Below the pieces are notes generated by a model. It was given only the letters and a program-made list of their open reading frames with translations. It made no database searches and was not told the origin of the DNA. The position numbers and the translations under genes were made by a program. Of a stretch of DNA of 64,000 bases, positions 36,563 to 47,625 are shown piece by piece. Positions within the stretch are counted from its first letter, which is position 1, and the number at the start of each line of letters is the position of its first letter. Source of the stretch: Paramoeba atlantica (lineage: Eukaryota > Protista > Discosea); NCBI GenBank assembly GCA_977017575.1, contig CDRNVI010000156.1, positions 310,001 through 374,000 on the forward strand, given 5' to 3'.

Positions 36563-37198
36563 TGATGTTTACATACAAAAAAAAATCTTGATAATTTTTA
36601 ACCTTCTAATTTGATTTTTGGCTGAGAAAAGCTCGAAGTTGGTTTTTTTCCTGTTTCACCCTTTTTTGTTTTTTTTTTTTTGGTTTTTCTTTTTTTGATG
36701 GAACTTTTGGTTGAACCACCAGACTAATGGACACTCTTTTGACTGCTGTTTGGGAAGCAGTGACTTGGCCTTTCTCCTTTGGTTTTCTTGCGGTTCACAG
36801 AAAAGCAAATCTTTTTGGCTGAATCACATGGTGGTTTTTAATTGACAACTTTTTTAGGTTGGGTTTATCTTTGGGTCAATTCTCTTTTCAGTCCGTTCTG
36901 TTGCAAAACTTGTTGGCTGGATTTATCTCGCAGGTTTTTTTGGTTTTTTTTCTCTGGGTTGAGACTCCTTTTTTTGATGAATTTTTCTTTATCCCTCAAG
37001 GAACCATTGTCCGAATTCTGGTTGACTTTCTCTTCTGGGGTTTCATTCGATTTTTAAGAAAAATTGTTGATTTTAAACGAGTTCGTTAGTTTTGTATCTT
37101 TCTTTTGTTTTTTTTGAAGGAGAAGAAAAGAATGAAAGGAAAAAGATCAAAGGAAATGTGCATTTTAGTGAATTCAAATTGGATGTTTTCACGTAAGT
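36563..37198 (+). repeat. Repeat R2: second copy of the lipase 5' exons (ATG 36727)
   Basis: Near-identical to 32738-33369, including exon 4 and the tRNA leader. Confidence 0.88.
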
Positions 37199-37226
37199 GT
37201 CAGAATGGTCGAGTGGTCTAAGACGT
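37199..37226 (+). pseudogene. tRNA-Ser 5' fragment (28 nt, acceptor strand plus D-arm)
   Basis: gtcagaatggtcgagtggtctaagacgt, followed by unrelated sequence. Confidence 0.88.
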
Positions 37227-37439
37227 ACTTTTTCTTGATGAGTGAAATTGAAGAAAAAAATCAATAAAAAAAAATACAAACCAAAAATTTTTTATTTCTT
37301 TTTGAAATGATACAAACAAATATCTTTTCCGGCCATCGCAGCGTTCTTGCACCCAGAATAGCCGTTCTTGTTTAAAACTTCCGAACACATTTTTTTTGGC
37401 CTCATTTTTGGCCTCATTTTTGTGTCTTTCTGATCTTTT

Positions 37440-38429
37440 TCACTCTGTACTCTTAATCTCTCCTCTCTCTCTCTCTCTTGTTTCTCCTCTCTTTCTCTCT
37501 CTTGTTTCTCCTCTCTTTCTTTCTCTTGTTTCTCCTCTCTTTCTTTCTTCTCCTGAAGTCTGTTCTGTTCTCTCTCTCTCTTATCATTTTCCGCCTGTTG
37601 TCGGACCTTTGCGAGTTCTTCAATCAGTTGCTTATGTTCGAGCTTCTTTTTTTCTTCTTTTTCTTTTTTTTCGTTCTTCTTTTTCTGCTTTCTCTCTCTC
37701 AGCTCTTTCTTTTCTTTTCAATGAACTTTGTCGATCGAATTCATTTTCCCATTTTCGAACTCCGTCAGTTTTTCTGTGTTCCTTTGCCTTATTGGCAGTA
37801 GGAGTTAATAGTTGGAGATTTGACAATTGATAATCGTGAACGTCTCCATTCACATGATCTATTTCCAACTGACCCTTTTTTTTCTTTGTTAAAAAATGAG
37901 AGTAAAGGGTTTTTGAAAATAAAAACCTGGAGGATGGATAAATGCTGTTTGGATTCATCCCGATTTGGAGCCCCCCACAAAAGCGCGACCGCTCGATGGA
38001 TTCGAATAGTTTTGCCCCCGATATTCGTTTTCGGGTATTTTTTTGGGTCTTTCAAAAGTCATCCACTCAATAAAACAGAACAATTTAATTCCAAAAAATG
38101 GGCATTACCCTTTGAACGAGCTTTAAGTTTATGCTTTGTCCTGTCGAAAGGTCTTGACCCGTCGTTCGGGAAACCCACACTCGATGGATCTTCTTCAAGG
38201 GTCAGAGAGGAAAAAGGAAGGGGTTATACGAGAATTTTTTACATGGAACATTGAGGACATTGTGCTCTACCAAAAAATAACGATATCTTTTCTCCTTAAA
38301 AACGTCAACGCCGTAGGGTATCCAGGCGTCCTTGTTCTCTCCCTGATCAGGGACCCAAACAAAGGATTCAACTGTTTCGAATTATAAAAGAGAAAGAGAG
38401 AAAGAGATTGGAAATGGGAGACGAACCTC
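37440..38429 (-). CDS. HNH (HNH_3/NUMOD4-like) endonuclease with about four spliceosomal introns and a charged C-terminal tail; +1 frameshift in an A-run gives an early stop at 37632
   Basis: YPKTNIGGKTIRIHRAVALLWGAP..LQ | intron 37926-37875 | GQLEIDHVNGDVHDYQLSNLQLLTPTAN. The shifted frame continues KLEHKQLIEELAKVRQQ..(RKRGETRE)x3 to TGA at 37440. Confidence 0.75.
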
Positions 38430-38506
38430 CTGAGGCCATGGCGTCAAGAAAATTGTCAAATGTCCTTGCGGAAAACCCATCGCCACCACAACGATGTAAA
38501 ATCGTC

Positions 38507-38594
38507 GCTAAATTTAGCCAGATATCTAAAAGTTCGCCAATTTCGGTGACGTCACCGTAATTGGCAAACTTTTAGATATCTGGCTAAATTTAGC
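38507..38594. repeat. 88-bp loopless palindrome (44-bp arms, 2 mismatches) containing nested palindromes
   Basis: gctaaatttagccagatatctaaaagttcgccaatttcggtgac|gtcaccgtaattggcaaacttttagatatctggctaaatttagc. Confidence 0.95.
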
Positions 38595-38693
38595 CAAATT
38601 ATTGATACCCCAAATCGGTTGTTTTCGTTCTTTTTTTTGTTTCTTTTTTTTTCGTTCTTCTTCTGCGAACCTGGCAAATGTATCCATGTAAAT

Positions 38694-38777
38694 GTCAGAA
38701 TGGTCGAGTGGTCTATGACGTGTGACTCGAAATCACATCCTGGAAACGGGGCGTAGGTTCAAATCCTGCTTCTGACG
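38694..38777 (+). tRNA. tRNA-Ser (anticodon CGA), complete, long variable arm
   Basis: Acceptor GTCAGAA/TTCTGAC; D-loop AGTGG; anticodon stem TGTGA/TCACA with CGA at 38728-38730; T-loop GGTTCAAATCC. Confidence 0.95.
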
Positions 38778-38781
38778 TCTC

Positions 38782-38791
38782 TTTTTTTTTT
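38782..38791 (+). terminator. Pol III poly-T terminator of tRNA-Ser
   Basis: T10 run 4 nt after the tRNA 3' end. Confidence 0.7.
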
Positions 38792-38913
38792 AGAATTTGT
38801 TTTGTTTTTATTTGGTGTCCCCCTTTTTATTTTTTGTTTTTTTTTTTTTGTTTTTTTTTTTTTGGTTTTTTTTCTTTTTTTTTGATGGAACTTTTGGTTG
38901 AACCACCAGATTC

Positions 38914-41900
38914 ATGGACACTCTTTTGACTGCTGTTTGGGAAGCAGTGACTTGGCCTTTCTCCTTTGGTTTTCTTGCGGTTCACAGAAAAGCAAATCTT
39001 TTAGGATGAATCATGTGGTGGTTTTTAATTGACAACTTTTTTAGGTTGGGTTTATCTTTGGGTCAATTCTCTTTTCAGTTCGATCTGTTGCAAAACTTGT
39101 TGGCTGGATTTATCTCGCAGGTTTTTTTGTTTTTTTTCTCTGGGTTGAGACTCCTTTTTTTGATGAACTTTTTCTTTATCCCTAAAGGAACCATTGTTCG
39201 AATTCTGGTTGACTTTCTCTTCTGGGGTTTCATTCGATTTTTAAGAAAAATTGTTGATTTTAAACGAGTTCGTTAGTTTTGTATCTTTCTTTTGTTTTTT
39301 TGAAGGACGAGAAAAAGAAAGAGAAAACTAAGGGCGCAAAGAAAAAAGAAGAAGACACGAAAAGAAAAAGAAAGAGAAAATGAAAAAGGAACCCAAACCA
39401 AAACGAGAACAGAGAGAGAGGTGATGAGCTCAATGGAAATCAATTTGCAAGGGAGAGAGAAAGAGAAGAGAGAAAAAGAAAAGGAAAAAAAAAGAAAAGA
39501 GAAAAAGAAAAAAGAGATAAAAGAGAAGAGAAGGCGGTGACTCGAAATCACATCCTGGAAACGGGGCGCAGGTTCAAATCCTGCTTCTGACGTCTCTTTT
39601 TTCCCCATTTTTTTTCCCAATTTTTAGTTCTCGAAATGTGTCCTCTTATGAAGAATGGAAGTCAATGTCAGAGGAATGGTACAAAGAACAGGAAAAATGG
39701 AGAAACCAAACTGAAACCTCTTCTTATGATTGGGTTTGGATGATTTCTGAAACTGAGGTCTTTTTTTTTTTCTTTTTTTTTCTTTTTTTTTCTTTTTTTT
39801 TCTTTTTTTTTCTTTTTTTTTCTTTTTTTTTCTTTTTTTTTCTTTTTTTTTCTTTTTTTTTCTTTTTTTTTTTTCGTTTTTTGATCCGATTTTCGACACC
39901 TGTTTCTGACACCTGTTTCTGACACCTGTTTTCTGCTCTCTCCAGCAACTGAGACGAATGATCGCTCAAGATAATGCTCATCAAGTTCAATTTTGCCTTC
40001 GAGGAGGTTTCTTTCTCTTTTCTCTTTTCTCTTTTCTCTTTTCTCTTTTCTCTTTTTGGATGATATTCTCTTTTTGGATGATATATTGATGTATTCTCTC
40101 TCAGGGATTATGTCGAGATCACATTGTCGTTTGGACAATCCGCGACTTCATGCTGTCACCCCTCTTGGCACAAAATATAAAATTGAGGTTTATTTTTTAA
40201 AAGATGAAGTGATAATTTGGTGGAAAGAGTTTTAAATCTTGGAAAATAGGAATATTTGGACCAGGTTGAGCTTGCGATTGACTATTTAACACAAACAAGT
40301 TTTCCTTTTTTCTTTGTTTTCTTTGTTTTCTTTGTTTTCTTTGGTTCTTTTGGTTCTTTTTCTTTTAACTTTTTGATTGAAAAATTTGTTTGAACAGAGA
40401 AGTTACGATACTCTGAGAAATTAGAATTTTTTCAACAAATGCAAAATACACTTGGACGAACAGCTCTGTGTCTTTCTGGTGGTGGGGCTTTGGCTATCTG
40501 TCATGCTGGTTTATTTTCTTTTTCTTTTCTCCCATTCTTCCTCTTTTCTCCCATTCTTCTTCTTTCTTGAGCCTTTTCGATAACTTTCTGTCTTTTTTTC
40601 TTTTTTCTTTTTCACTTCTTTAAATAAGGGGTGATAAAGGCTTTGTTGGAACACAATTTAGTTCCGAATGTCGTCTCTGGCACAAGTGGAGGTACTGTTC
40701 CTCTGAACTTTTTTCTTTCTCCATTTTTTCTCTTCCCAAAAATCTGATACTAATTTCCCCTCAGGTTCAATTGTGGGAGGCTATCTTGCAATAAGAACAA
40801 ATGAAGAACTTTTAAACGAAATTATCAAACCAGATATTGTCGATCGACATGGCCCTCTTTTACCGCCAATCAGTGAGATGTTATCGCGATTTTTGAGAAC
40901 AGGGACCGCCATTCCGAATCGTCTTTTTGAAGAAACTGTTCAAGTTCAATTTTCTTTTTTCAAAGATTTTTTTTTGTTGGTTTTTCGTTTGTGGTGATTC
41001 CAAAAAATCATGTCTTGGTTGCCCTCTTCTCTGTCGATTTTTTCTTCTTTTTTTGAATCGAGAAAAAATAGAAACATTATGGTGATGAAACGTTTGGAAC
41101 AGCATTTCAGAAGACAGGTCGCCATGTCTCGATCACTGTGACAAAGGTTGCGGGTGCTGGGGCTTCTCAAAAGGTACTTTTTCTTTTCGTTTCTTTTTTC
41201 GTTGGATCTTTCGAATTTTTGATTTGACTGAATCAGTTGTTTTTCTTTTTCTTAGCAAACATCTCTGCTTTTGAATCATCTAACTTTTCCAGATATTCTC
41301 ATTTGGAGTGCTGTGGCAGCTTCTTGCGCTCTTCCGGGTTCATATTTTGTTTTTCTTTTTTGTTACAATGATTAAAATTTCCGTTGTTGATATTTATATC
41401 CTAGGTTTACTCGATCCAGTGGTGTTAATGATGCGAGCTCCGAGTGCCACATCAAAAGAAGAAAGAACAGAAGGAATTCCAGTGTTTCCAGGAGGAGTGA
41501 GATGGCGAGATGGTTCGATTTTAGCAGATATTCCACTATCACAGATGCGTCGCCAGTTTGGTGTGAATCAATATATTGTTTCTCAGACAAACCCACATGT
41601 CAGGTTTGATCTTTCTATTTTTATGACTTTACTTTGGCTGTTCCGATATTTTTAAAAAAACTCATTTCTTTTTTGATAGTCCCTTTGCAAAGAGGCACGC
41701 TGCAGCAGAAAACACTACACTTCTAGAAGGGGCAGAGAATTATGCTCTCGAAGGAATCAAAAGGCGGCTTATTCGAATCGGTCAGAGTGGTGTTTTACCA
41801 AAAGTATTGGGGCAAGATGTTTCTGGTGTGTTATTACAAAGTTATTCCTCAACAACCGAGGATACAATTGCTGTGTTACCTCGTTTGAGCCCTTTGGATG

Positions 41901-43116
41901 CGTGTCGGATGGTGTTGTCACCAGATGAGGGTTTGACAACAAGATATATATCTCTAGGAGAGGTTCTTATTTATTCTTATTGTGTTTTTGATTTGTTTGT
42001 TTCTTTCCCTTTCTAAAATTGAGTTGTGTTAGAATGCGACTTGGCCGAAATTGGCCCACATTAAACAGAGATTAAGGTTAGAACTTTGTATTTCTCGATC
42101 CCTTGAATATTTAAATGAACATAGAAGTGAAGAGGAGTTGCCTTATCCGGGTCTTTTTTCATTTTCTTTTTTTTTTTCTTCTTTTTCTTCCTTTTTGGGA
42201 TATTTGACTTATTCTTTTCGTTCTTTTAGAGGAAATGAAAATCAAAAGATTTTTAACAGTCTCTGAAGTTTTGGATCACAAAACAAAACAAAAAGTGAAG
42301 AAAACGAGCCGGGCAGAGATGGTCCAGGATGTCACCGCCCGTCTCCATCTTGATCTTCTACCAGGTTGTTCTTCCTCTTTTTTCTTTCAGTTTTCTCCCA
42401 TAAGTGAATTGAATTTTTCGATAAAACAGCCCAGAATTTGGATCACAAAATTGGATCTTCCTCGGACACAGACGATATTCATATCCATTACCGATCTCCT
42501 TCTCGCTCTCCGATCAGTCTCCCGTCAAGTCCTGATATATTCTCTCTCTCGTCTCCATCAAAGGAGACTCAATCTTCCCCTCTTTTAACTTCACAGAAAG
42601 AAGAGAACGAGCCTCCTCTTTCTCCTGGACTAAAATCACGTTTAGCTTCTTGCTCTCATGAGTTTGAAGATGTAACTTTCAAGAGTCCAACATGGTGTGC
42701 TCTTTGTGCTGCCTTTCTGTATGGGTTATATCTTCAAGGAAAGGTTTAATCTTCAATTTCTTTTTTTTATTCCTCCAAAAACTCTTGCACACAGCCCTCC
42801 CACCCTAAAAAACACCCAAACAAATCATGATGAAAACAATTAAAAAACAAAACAGAGATGTAAGTTGTGTCAAATTGCTGCTCATCATGGTTGTGCTCAA
42901 CATCTCCAAGAAATTGTTGGAGAAAAAAAAACACCAGAGGGAGAAAAGGGTGCGGGACTGGAAGATGAACCAGAAAGTCTCGAAGTTGTGGCTGATGATG
43001 CATCTACTTTACCTGAAAAAGAGAAGGAGAAAGAAAAGGAAGAAGAATCGGAGGATTCAAAGAGGCAACAAGAATATAACACAAAGGCTCAAAGTATTCT
43101 TTTAGGGATTCATTAA
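38914..43116 (+). CDS. Patatin-family triacylglycerol lipase (Tgl3/4/5, SDP1-like) with N-terminal TM segment and C-terminal C1 domain; 5' end either from repeat R3 (ATG 38914) or ancestrally from R1 (ATG 32900)
   Basis: DUF3336-like SSYEEWK..SSYDW; GRTALCLSGGGAL; GTSGG; WSAVAASCALPG; WRDGS; VSQTNPH; C1 HEFEDVTFKSPTWCALCAAFLYGLYLQG..CKLCQIAAHHGC. Confidence 0.85.
39537..39592 (+). pseudogene. tRNA-Ser 3' fragment (anticodon arm to discriminator), lying at the start of a lipase intron
   Basis: gtgactcgaaatcacatcctggaaacggggcgcaggttcaaatcctgcttctgacg, followed by a T-tract and AG at 39626-39627. Confidence 0.92.
39761..39874. repeat. (T9C)n simple repeat within a lipase intron, followed by three copies of gacacctgtttct (39895-39932)
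   Basis: Direct reading of the sequence. Confidence 0.9.
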
Positions 43117-43245
43117 CATGAAAATTTTGTATTTTTTTGGAAACAAAAACCTGACAGAGACCAAGGAGAAAAAAAGAAATATGTTCAGAAAACCCAATTT
43201 CATGAGGATTGGGGGGGGGGGAATATTTGTGAACCACATTTTTTT

Positions 43246-44038
43246 TCAATATTGAGATTGATGTTGGGGTTGAAGACGAACACAACCTGCAGGTTTGATA
43301 TTCACACTTGGTTGATCAATCTCACTCAAACGAATCATTTCTCCAACCACAGTCTTAAACAAATCTCCAAGACCACTTGAATCTTTGGAACTTGTTTCAA
43401 AATACCAATGTTCGAATTGAGAAAGATGTTGTTCAGTCCATTTGACCCCTTCTTCTCTCGTTACTCTTCTTTCATGTTTCAAATCAGTTTTGTTTCCAAC
43501 AACAGCAAAGTGTTTACATTTACCAAGAAAGGGGGAGATAGATGTGTGCCATCGATCCAAATTGTTGAATGATTCACGTGAGGTGATATCAAAAAGATAG
43601 ATCATAAAATCTGTTCCTCTCACATACGTTCGTGTGATACTTTGGTACTTTTCTTCTCCTGCTGTGTCCCAAAGCTGTGAATGAAGTGTTCAGTTTTTTT
43701 TCTTTTTGTTGAATGAAACAACATAATTCAACCTGGAGTTTGATGGATTGATTTTCACTTAATTGAATTTCTTTTGAGTAAAATTCAAGACCAATTGTAG
43801 CTTTCTTTTCTTCATCAAACTCATGGTGAGGGATACTGTCGGAGTAAAGCTGTTTTTCCAACTCTTGAAGTTTTTTGATTTTTCTTTCAGAACCCAAACC
43901 AAAAAAACAAAAAAAAAGGAGAATGAACCCAGAATCACCAAGAAGACAAATTTTAAAACGAGTTCTTGGTCCTGGATCAAGGATTGGGAATGGATTTGGG
44001 TTTTCTCTCCTTAATCTTGCAGTTCCACCACAACACAT
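43246..44038 (-). pseudogene. Rab-like GTPase copy 1 (MCCGG start) with a +1 frameshift near 43830
   Basis: tatccctcaccatga versus tatcttcaccatgag in copy 2 gives a stop after VGKTALLRQY. The rest is intact (WDTAG, VGNKTDL, ETSSK). Confidence 0.7.
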
Positions 44039-44383
44039 CCTCTCCCACAACCAAAAGGATTTTGAGAAAAAGAAAAACAAAATTTTTGCTCCTTTCAAAG
44101 AGATCTGTTTTTGTATTTTTTCTTTATTACTTTTTCTCTAAAGAAATTATTAAAAAGTCCCGGTCCCTTTATTTTTCTCTTTTTGAGTTTCGGCAAATTG
44201 TTTTCAGCTTTCTTTTTTTCTTTGGTTGTTCTCTCTTTCTTTCTCTCTCACCTTGTTCCTGTTAATTAGCCTAATCTGGCTTCCCAGATTGGCATTTGCC
44301 TTTTTGGCTCAGTTTATTATCTTCTTCACTCGATTCTTCCTTCTGTTTTTGGTTTTTATTGGGGAGCGTGAATAGCTGCTGAG

Positions 44384-45667
44384 ATGAATGTGTGTTTCTT
44401 TTTTCCTCTCCTCTTTGAGTCCTCTTGAAAAATACTTTATTTATTACCCAAGAATAGCTCTCACCTGACAAGTGTGCAGTTCCTTTGTCACAAAAATCAC
44501 AACAAAATCAATTGGAGACAATGCCACTTCCTAGAGCACAACCTCTCTCACTTGATCAACTTGTCAGCCCTGAAGACCCAACCCAACTTTATGACGACCT
44601 GAAGAAAATCGTTGAGTGCGCCGAATTTTTTCATGCAATTTCGACCAAAACTCAAAACAAAGTTACTCTCAAAAAAGTTGATTTAACCCAAAATAATTTG
44701 AAGCTTTTCATCTCTGAACTTAGCATTTTGAAAAGGAGTTCTCATCCCAATATTGTGGAATACATCGATTCATATCTCGTTAAAGATCAACTTTGGATTG
44801 TGCAAGAAATAAGAGAGTGTTGTTTAACTGATATTTTGGACCAATTTGAGAGCATTCAAATGACTGAAGACCAAATTGCTTATGTTTGTCGTGAGGTTCC
44901 CTTTTTCTTTTATTGTTTTAATTTCTTTTCTTTGATGTTTTTTGAATTGTAGACACTGAGAGCTCTCTGGTACCTCCACAATCAACACATAATCCATCGT
45001 GATATCAAGAGTGACACTATTTACCTGAATGGCAAAGGGGAAGTTAAAATTGCTGATTTTGGTTATTCTGTTCAATTAACACAAGAAGAAGTAAAGAGAA
45101 ATACAGTTGTTGGAACTCCTTATTGGATGGCTCCTGAAGTAATTCGTGGTCAGGACTATGGGGTAAAAGTTGATATTTGGAGTTTAGGGATTGTGGCGAT
45201 GGAGATGGCTGAAGGTGAACCTCCTTACATGGAACATCCACCTTTGAGAGTTTGTCCACCCTTTTTTGTTATTTTTAGTTTTTCTTCCTCTCTTCATTTT
45301 ACTCATTTTTCATTGAACAGGCTCTTTTTTTGATCGTAACGAAAGGTATTCCTGATTTGAAAGAGTCTCACAAATGGTCTTTTGAATTTCGAGATTTCAT
45401 TTCACAATGTTTGAGGATGGAAGTTGAAGATCGTCCAGATGCTCCTGCTTTATTGAAGGTTCTTTCTCCTTCTCTCTTTTTCTTTCCTTCTTTTTCTTCA
45501 ATGAAAGTAAAACAAAAAAATAGCACCCTTTCTTGCAGAAGGTGTGTGGGTGTGTTGATCTTATTTCACTGCAAGAATCTGTTAAAATGGTGAAAGAGGG
45601 GAATTGGGTTGATGGTTTGGAGCAAAAACAAGGAGTGAAGAAAGAAAAGGAAGAAGAACAATCTTGA
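44384..45667 (+). CDS. STE20/PAK-like kinase domain, copy 1 (no CRIB, degenerate Gly-loop)
   Basis: [20 protein letters not shown]; IHRDIKSD; KIADFG; [30 protein letters not shown]. Confidence 0.85.
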
Positions 45668-46106
45668 GGATTTTACAACAACCATTTGAACACAAAAACC
45701 CAAAAAACCCATTCTTTTATTTTAACAATCATGAAAAGAAAAATGAGAAATACGTTCTTTGTGAATCAGTTCAGTTCAGGGGGATTGGGAATGTTTGTGG
45801 TGGCCATCCTTTTTTTTTCTTTCATCTTGCAGTTCCACCCCAACCATTCTCACAACCAAAACTTTTTTGAAAAAAAAAAAGAGATCTGTTTTTGTATTTT
45901 TTATTGACCACTTTTTTCTCTTTTTCTCTGAATAAAAATGATAAAAAATCCCAATCCTTTTGTTTTTTGTTTTTTGTTTTTGTTTTCGGCTTTCTGTCCC
46001 TCTCTCACCTTTTTCTTGTTAAGTATCCTTCTCTGACTTCCTCCTTTGCGCTTGATTCTTCCTTCTGTTTTTGGTTTTTTGTTGGGGAGTGTGAATGGCT
46101 GCTGAA

Positions 46107-47411
46107 ATGAATGTGTGTTTCTTTTTTTCCTCTCCTCTTTGAGTCCTCTTGAAAAATACTTTTATTTATTACTCAAGAATAGCTCTCACCTGGCAAGTGC
46201 ACAATTCAGGCACGAAAATCACAACAAAATCAATTGGAGATAGTGTCACTTCCTCGAGCACAACCTTTCTCACTTGATCAACTTGTCAGTCTTGAGGACC
46301 CAACCCAACTTTATGGCGACATGGAGTCACTTGGTGAGTTTTGCGGCTTTGGGGCTGAATTTTTTCATGCAATTTCGACCAAAACTCAAAACAAAGTTAC
46401 TCTCAAAAAAGTTGATTTAACCCAAGATAATTTGAAGCTTTTCATCTCTGAACTTAGCATTTTGAAAAGGAGTTCTCATCCCAATATTGTGGAATACATC
46501 GATTCATATCTCGTTAAAGATCAACTTTGGATTGTGTTGGAGTCCATGAGAGGATGTTTAACTGATATTTTGGACCAATTTGAGAGCATTCAAATGACTG
46601 AAGACCAAATTGCTCATGTTTGTCGTGAGGTTCCCTTTTTCTTTTGATTTGAAATTGTTTTGATTTAAAATTATTTTGATATTTTTTGAATTGTAGACAC
46701 TGAGAGCTCTCTGGTACCTCCACAATCAACACATAATCCATCGTGATATCAAGAGTGACAATATTTTCCTGAATAACAAAGGGGAAGTTAAAATTGCTGA
46801 TTTTGGTTATTCTGTTCAATTAACACAAGAAGAAGCGAACGGAAATACAGTTGTTGGAACTTCTTATTGGATGGCTCCTGAAGTAATTCGTGGTCAGGCC
46901 TATGGGATAAAAGTTGATATTTGGGGTTTAGGGATTATGGCGATGGAGATGGCTGAAGGTGAACCTCCTTACATGGAACATCCACCTTTGAGAGTTTGTC
47001 CACCCTCTTTTGTTATTTTTAGTTTTTCTTCCTCTCTTCATTTTACTCATTTTTCATTGAACAGGCTCTTTTTTTGATCGTAACGAAAGGTATTCCTGAT
47101 TTGAAAGAGTCTCACAAATGGTCTTTTGAATTTCGAGATTTCATTTCACAATGTTTGAGGATGGAAGTTGAAGATCGTCCAGATGCTCCTGCTTTATTGA
47201 AGGTTCTTTCTCCTTCTCTCTTTTTCTTTCCTTCTTTTTCTTCAATGAAAGTAAAACAAAAAAATAGCACCCTTTCTTGCAGAAGGTGTGTGGGTGTGTT
47301 GATCTTATTTCACTGCAAGAATCTGTTAAAATGGTGAAAGAGGGGAATTTTGGTGATGGTTTGGAACAAAAACAAGGAGTGAAGAAAGAAAAGGAAGAAG
47401 AACAATCTTGA
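46107..47411 (+). CDS. STE20/PAK-like kinase domain, copy 2
   Basis: Near-identical to copy 1 with the same introns; [19 protein letters not shown]. Confidence 0.85.
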
Positions 47412-47625
47412 GGATTTTGAAGAGGCAACAACGCAAAAACTAAAAACCCATTCTTTTATTTTAACAATCATGATGAAAGGAAAAATGAGAAATATGAAAA
47501 ACGAACGTTCATAGGTAGTTCTCTCTTTATTTTAACAAACATGAAAGGAAAAATGAATCTATTCTTTGTGAATCAGTTCAGTTCAGGGGGATTGGGGGAA
47601 TGTTTGTGGTGAATCATCCTTTCTT

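Larger units (their letters stand above)
37227..38684 (-). mobile_element. ~1.46-kb HNH-endonuclease element in tRNA-Ser, flanked by a ~37-bp imperfect direct repeat (leader plus tRNA 5' end)
   Basis: Left copy cacgtaagtgtcagaatggtcgagtggtctaagacgt (37190-37226); right copy catgtaaatgtcagaatggtcgagtggtctatgacgt (38685-38721). The interior holds the HNH gene and the palindrome. Confidence 0.6.
33436..39536. mobile_element. 6.1-kb composite insertion/duplication inside the tRNA-Ser gene, bounded by a 38-bp direct repeat
   Basis: gtgactcgaaatcacatcctggaaacggggcgcaggtt occurs at 33398-33435 and 39537-39574. Removing the block restores a complete tRNA. Confidence 0.7.

Noticed and set aside
39624-40138. 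Lys-rich minus-strand ORFs (KKKEKKR repeats)
   Set aside because: They arise from intronic (T9C)n and (TTTTC)n microsatellites.
37650-43840. Programmed frameshifting in the HNH tail, the K/E exon and Rab copy 1
   Set aside because: All three are +1 changes in homopolymer runs; sequencing error or decay is the simpler explanation.
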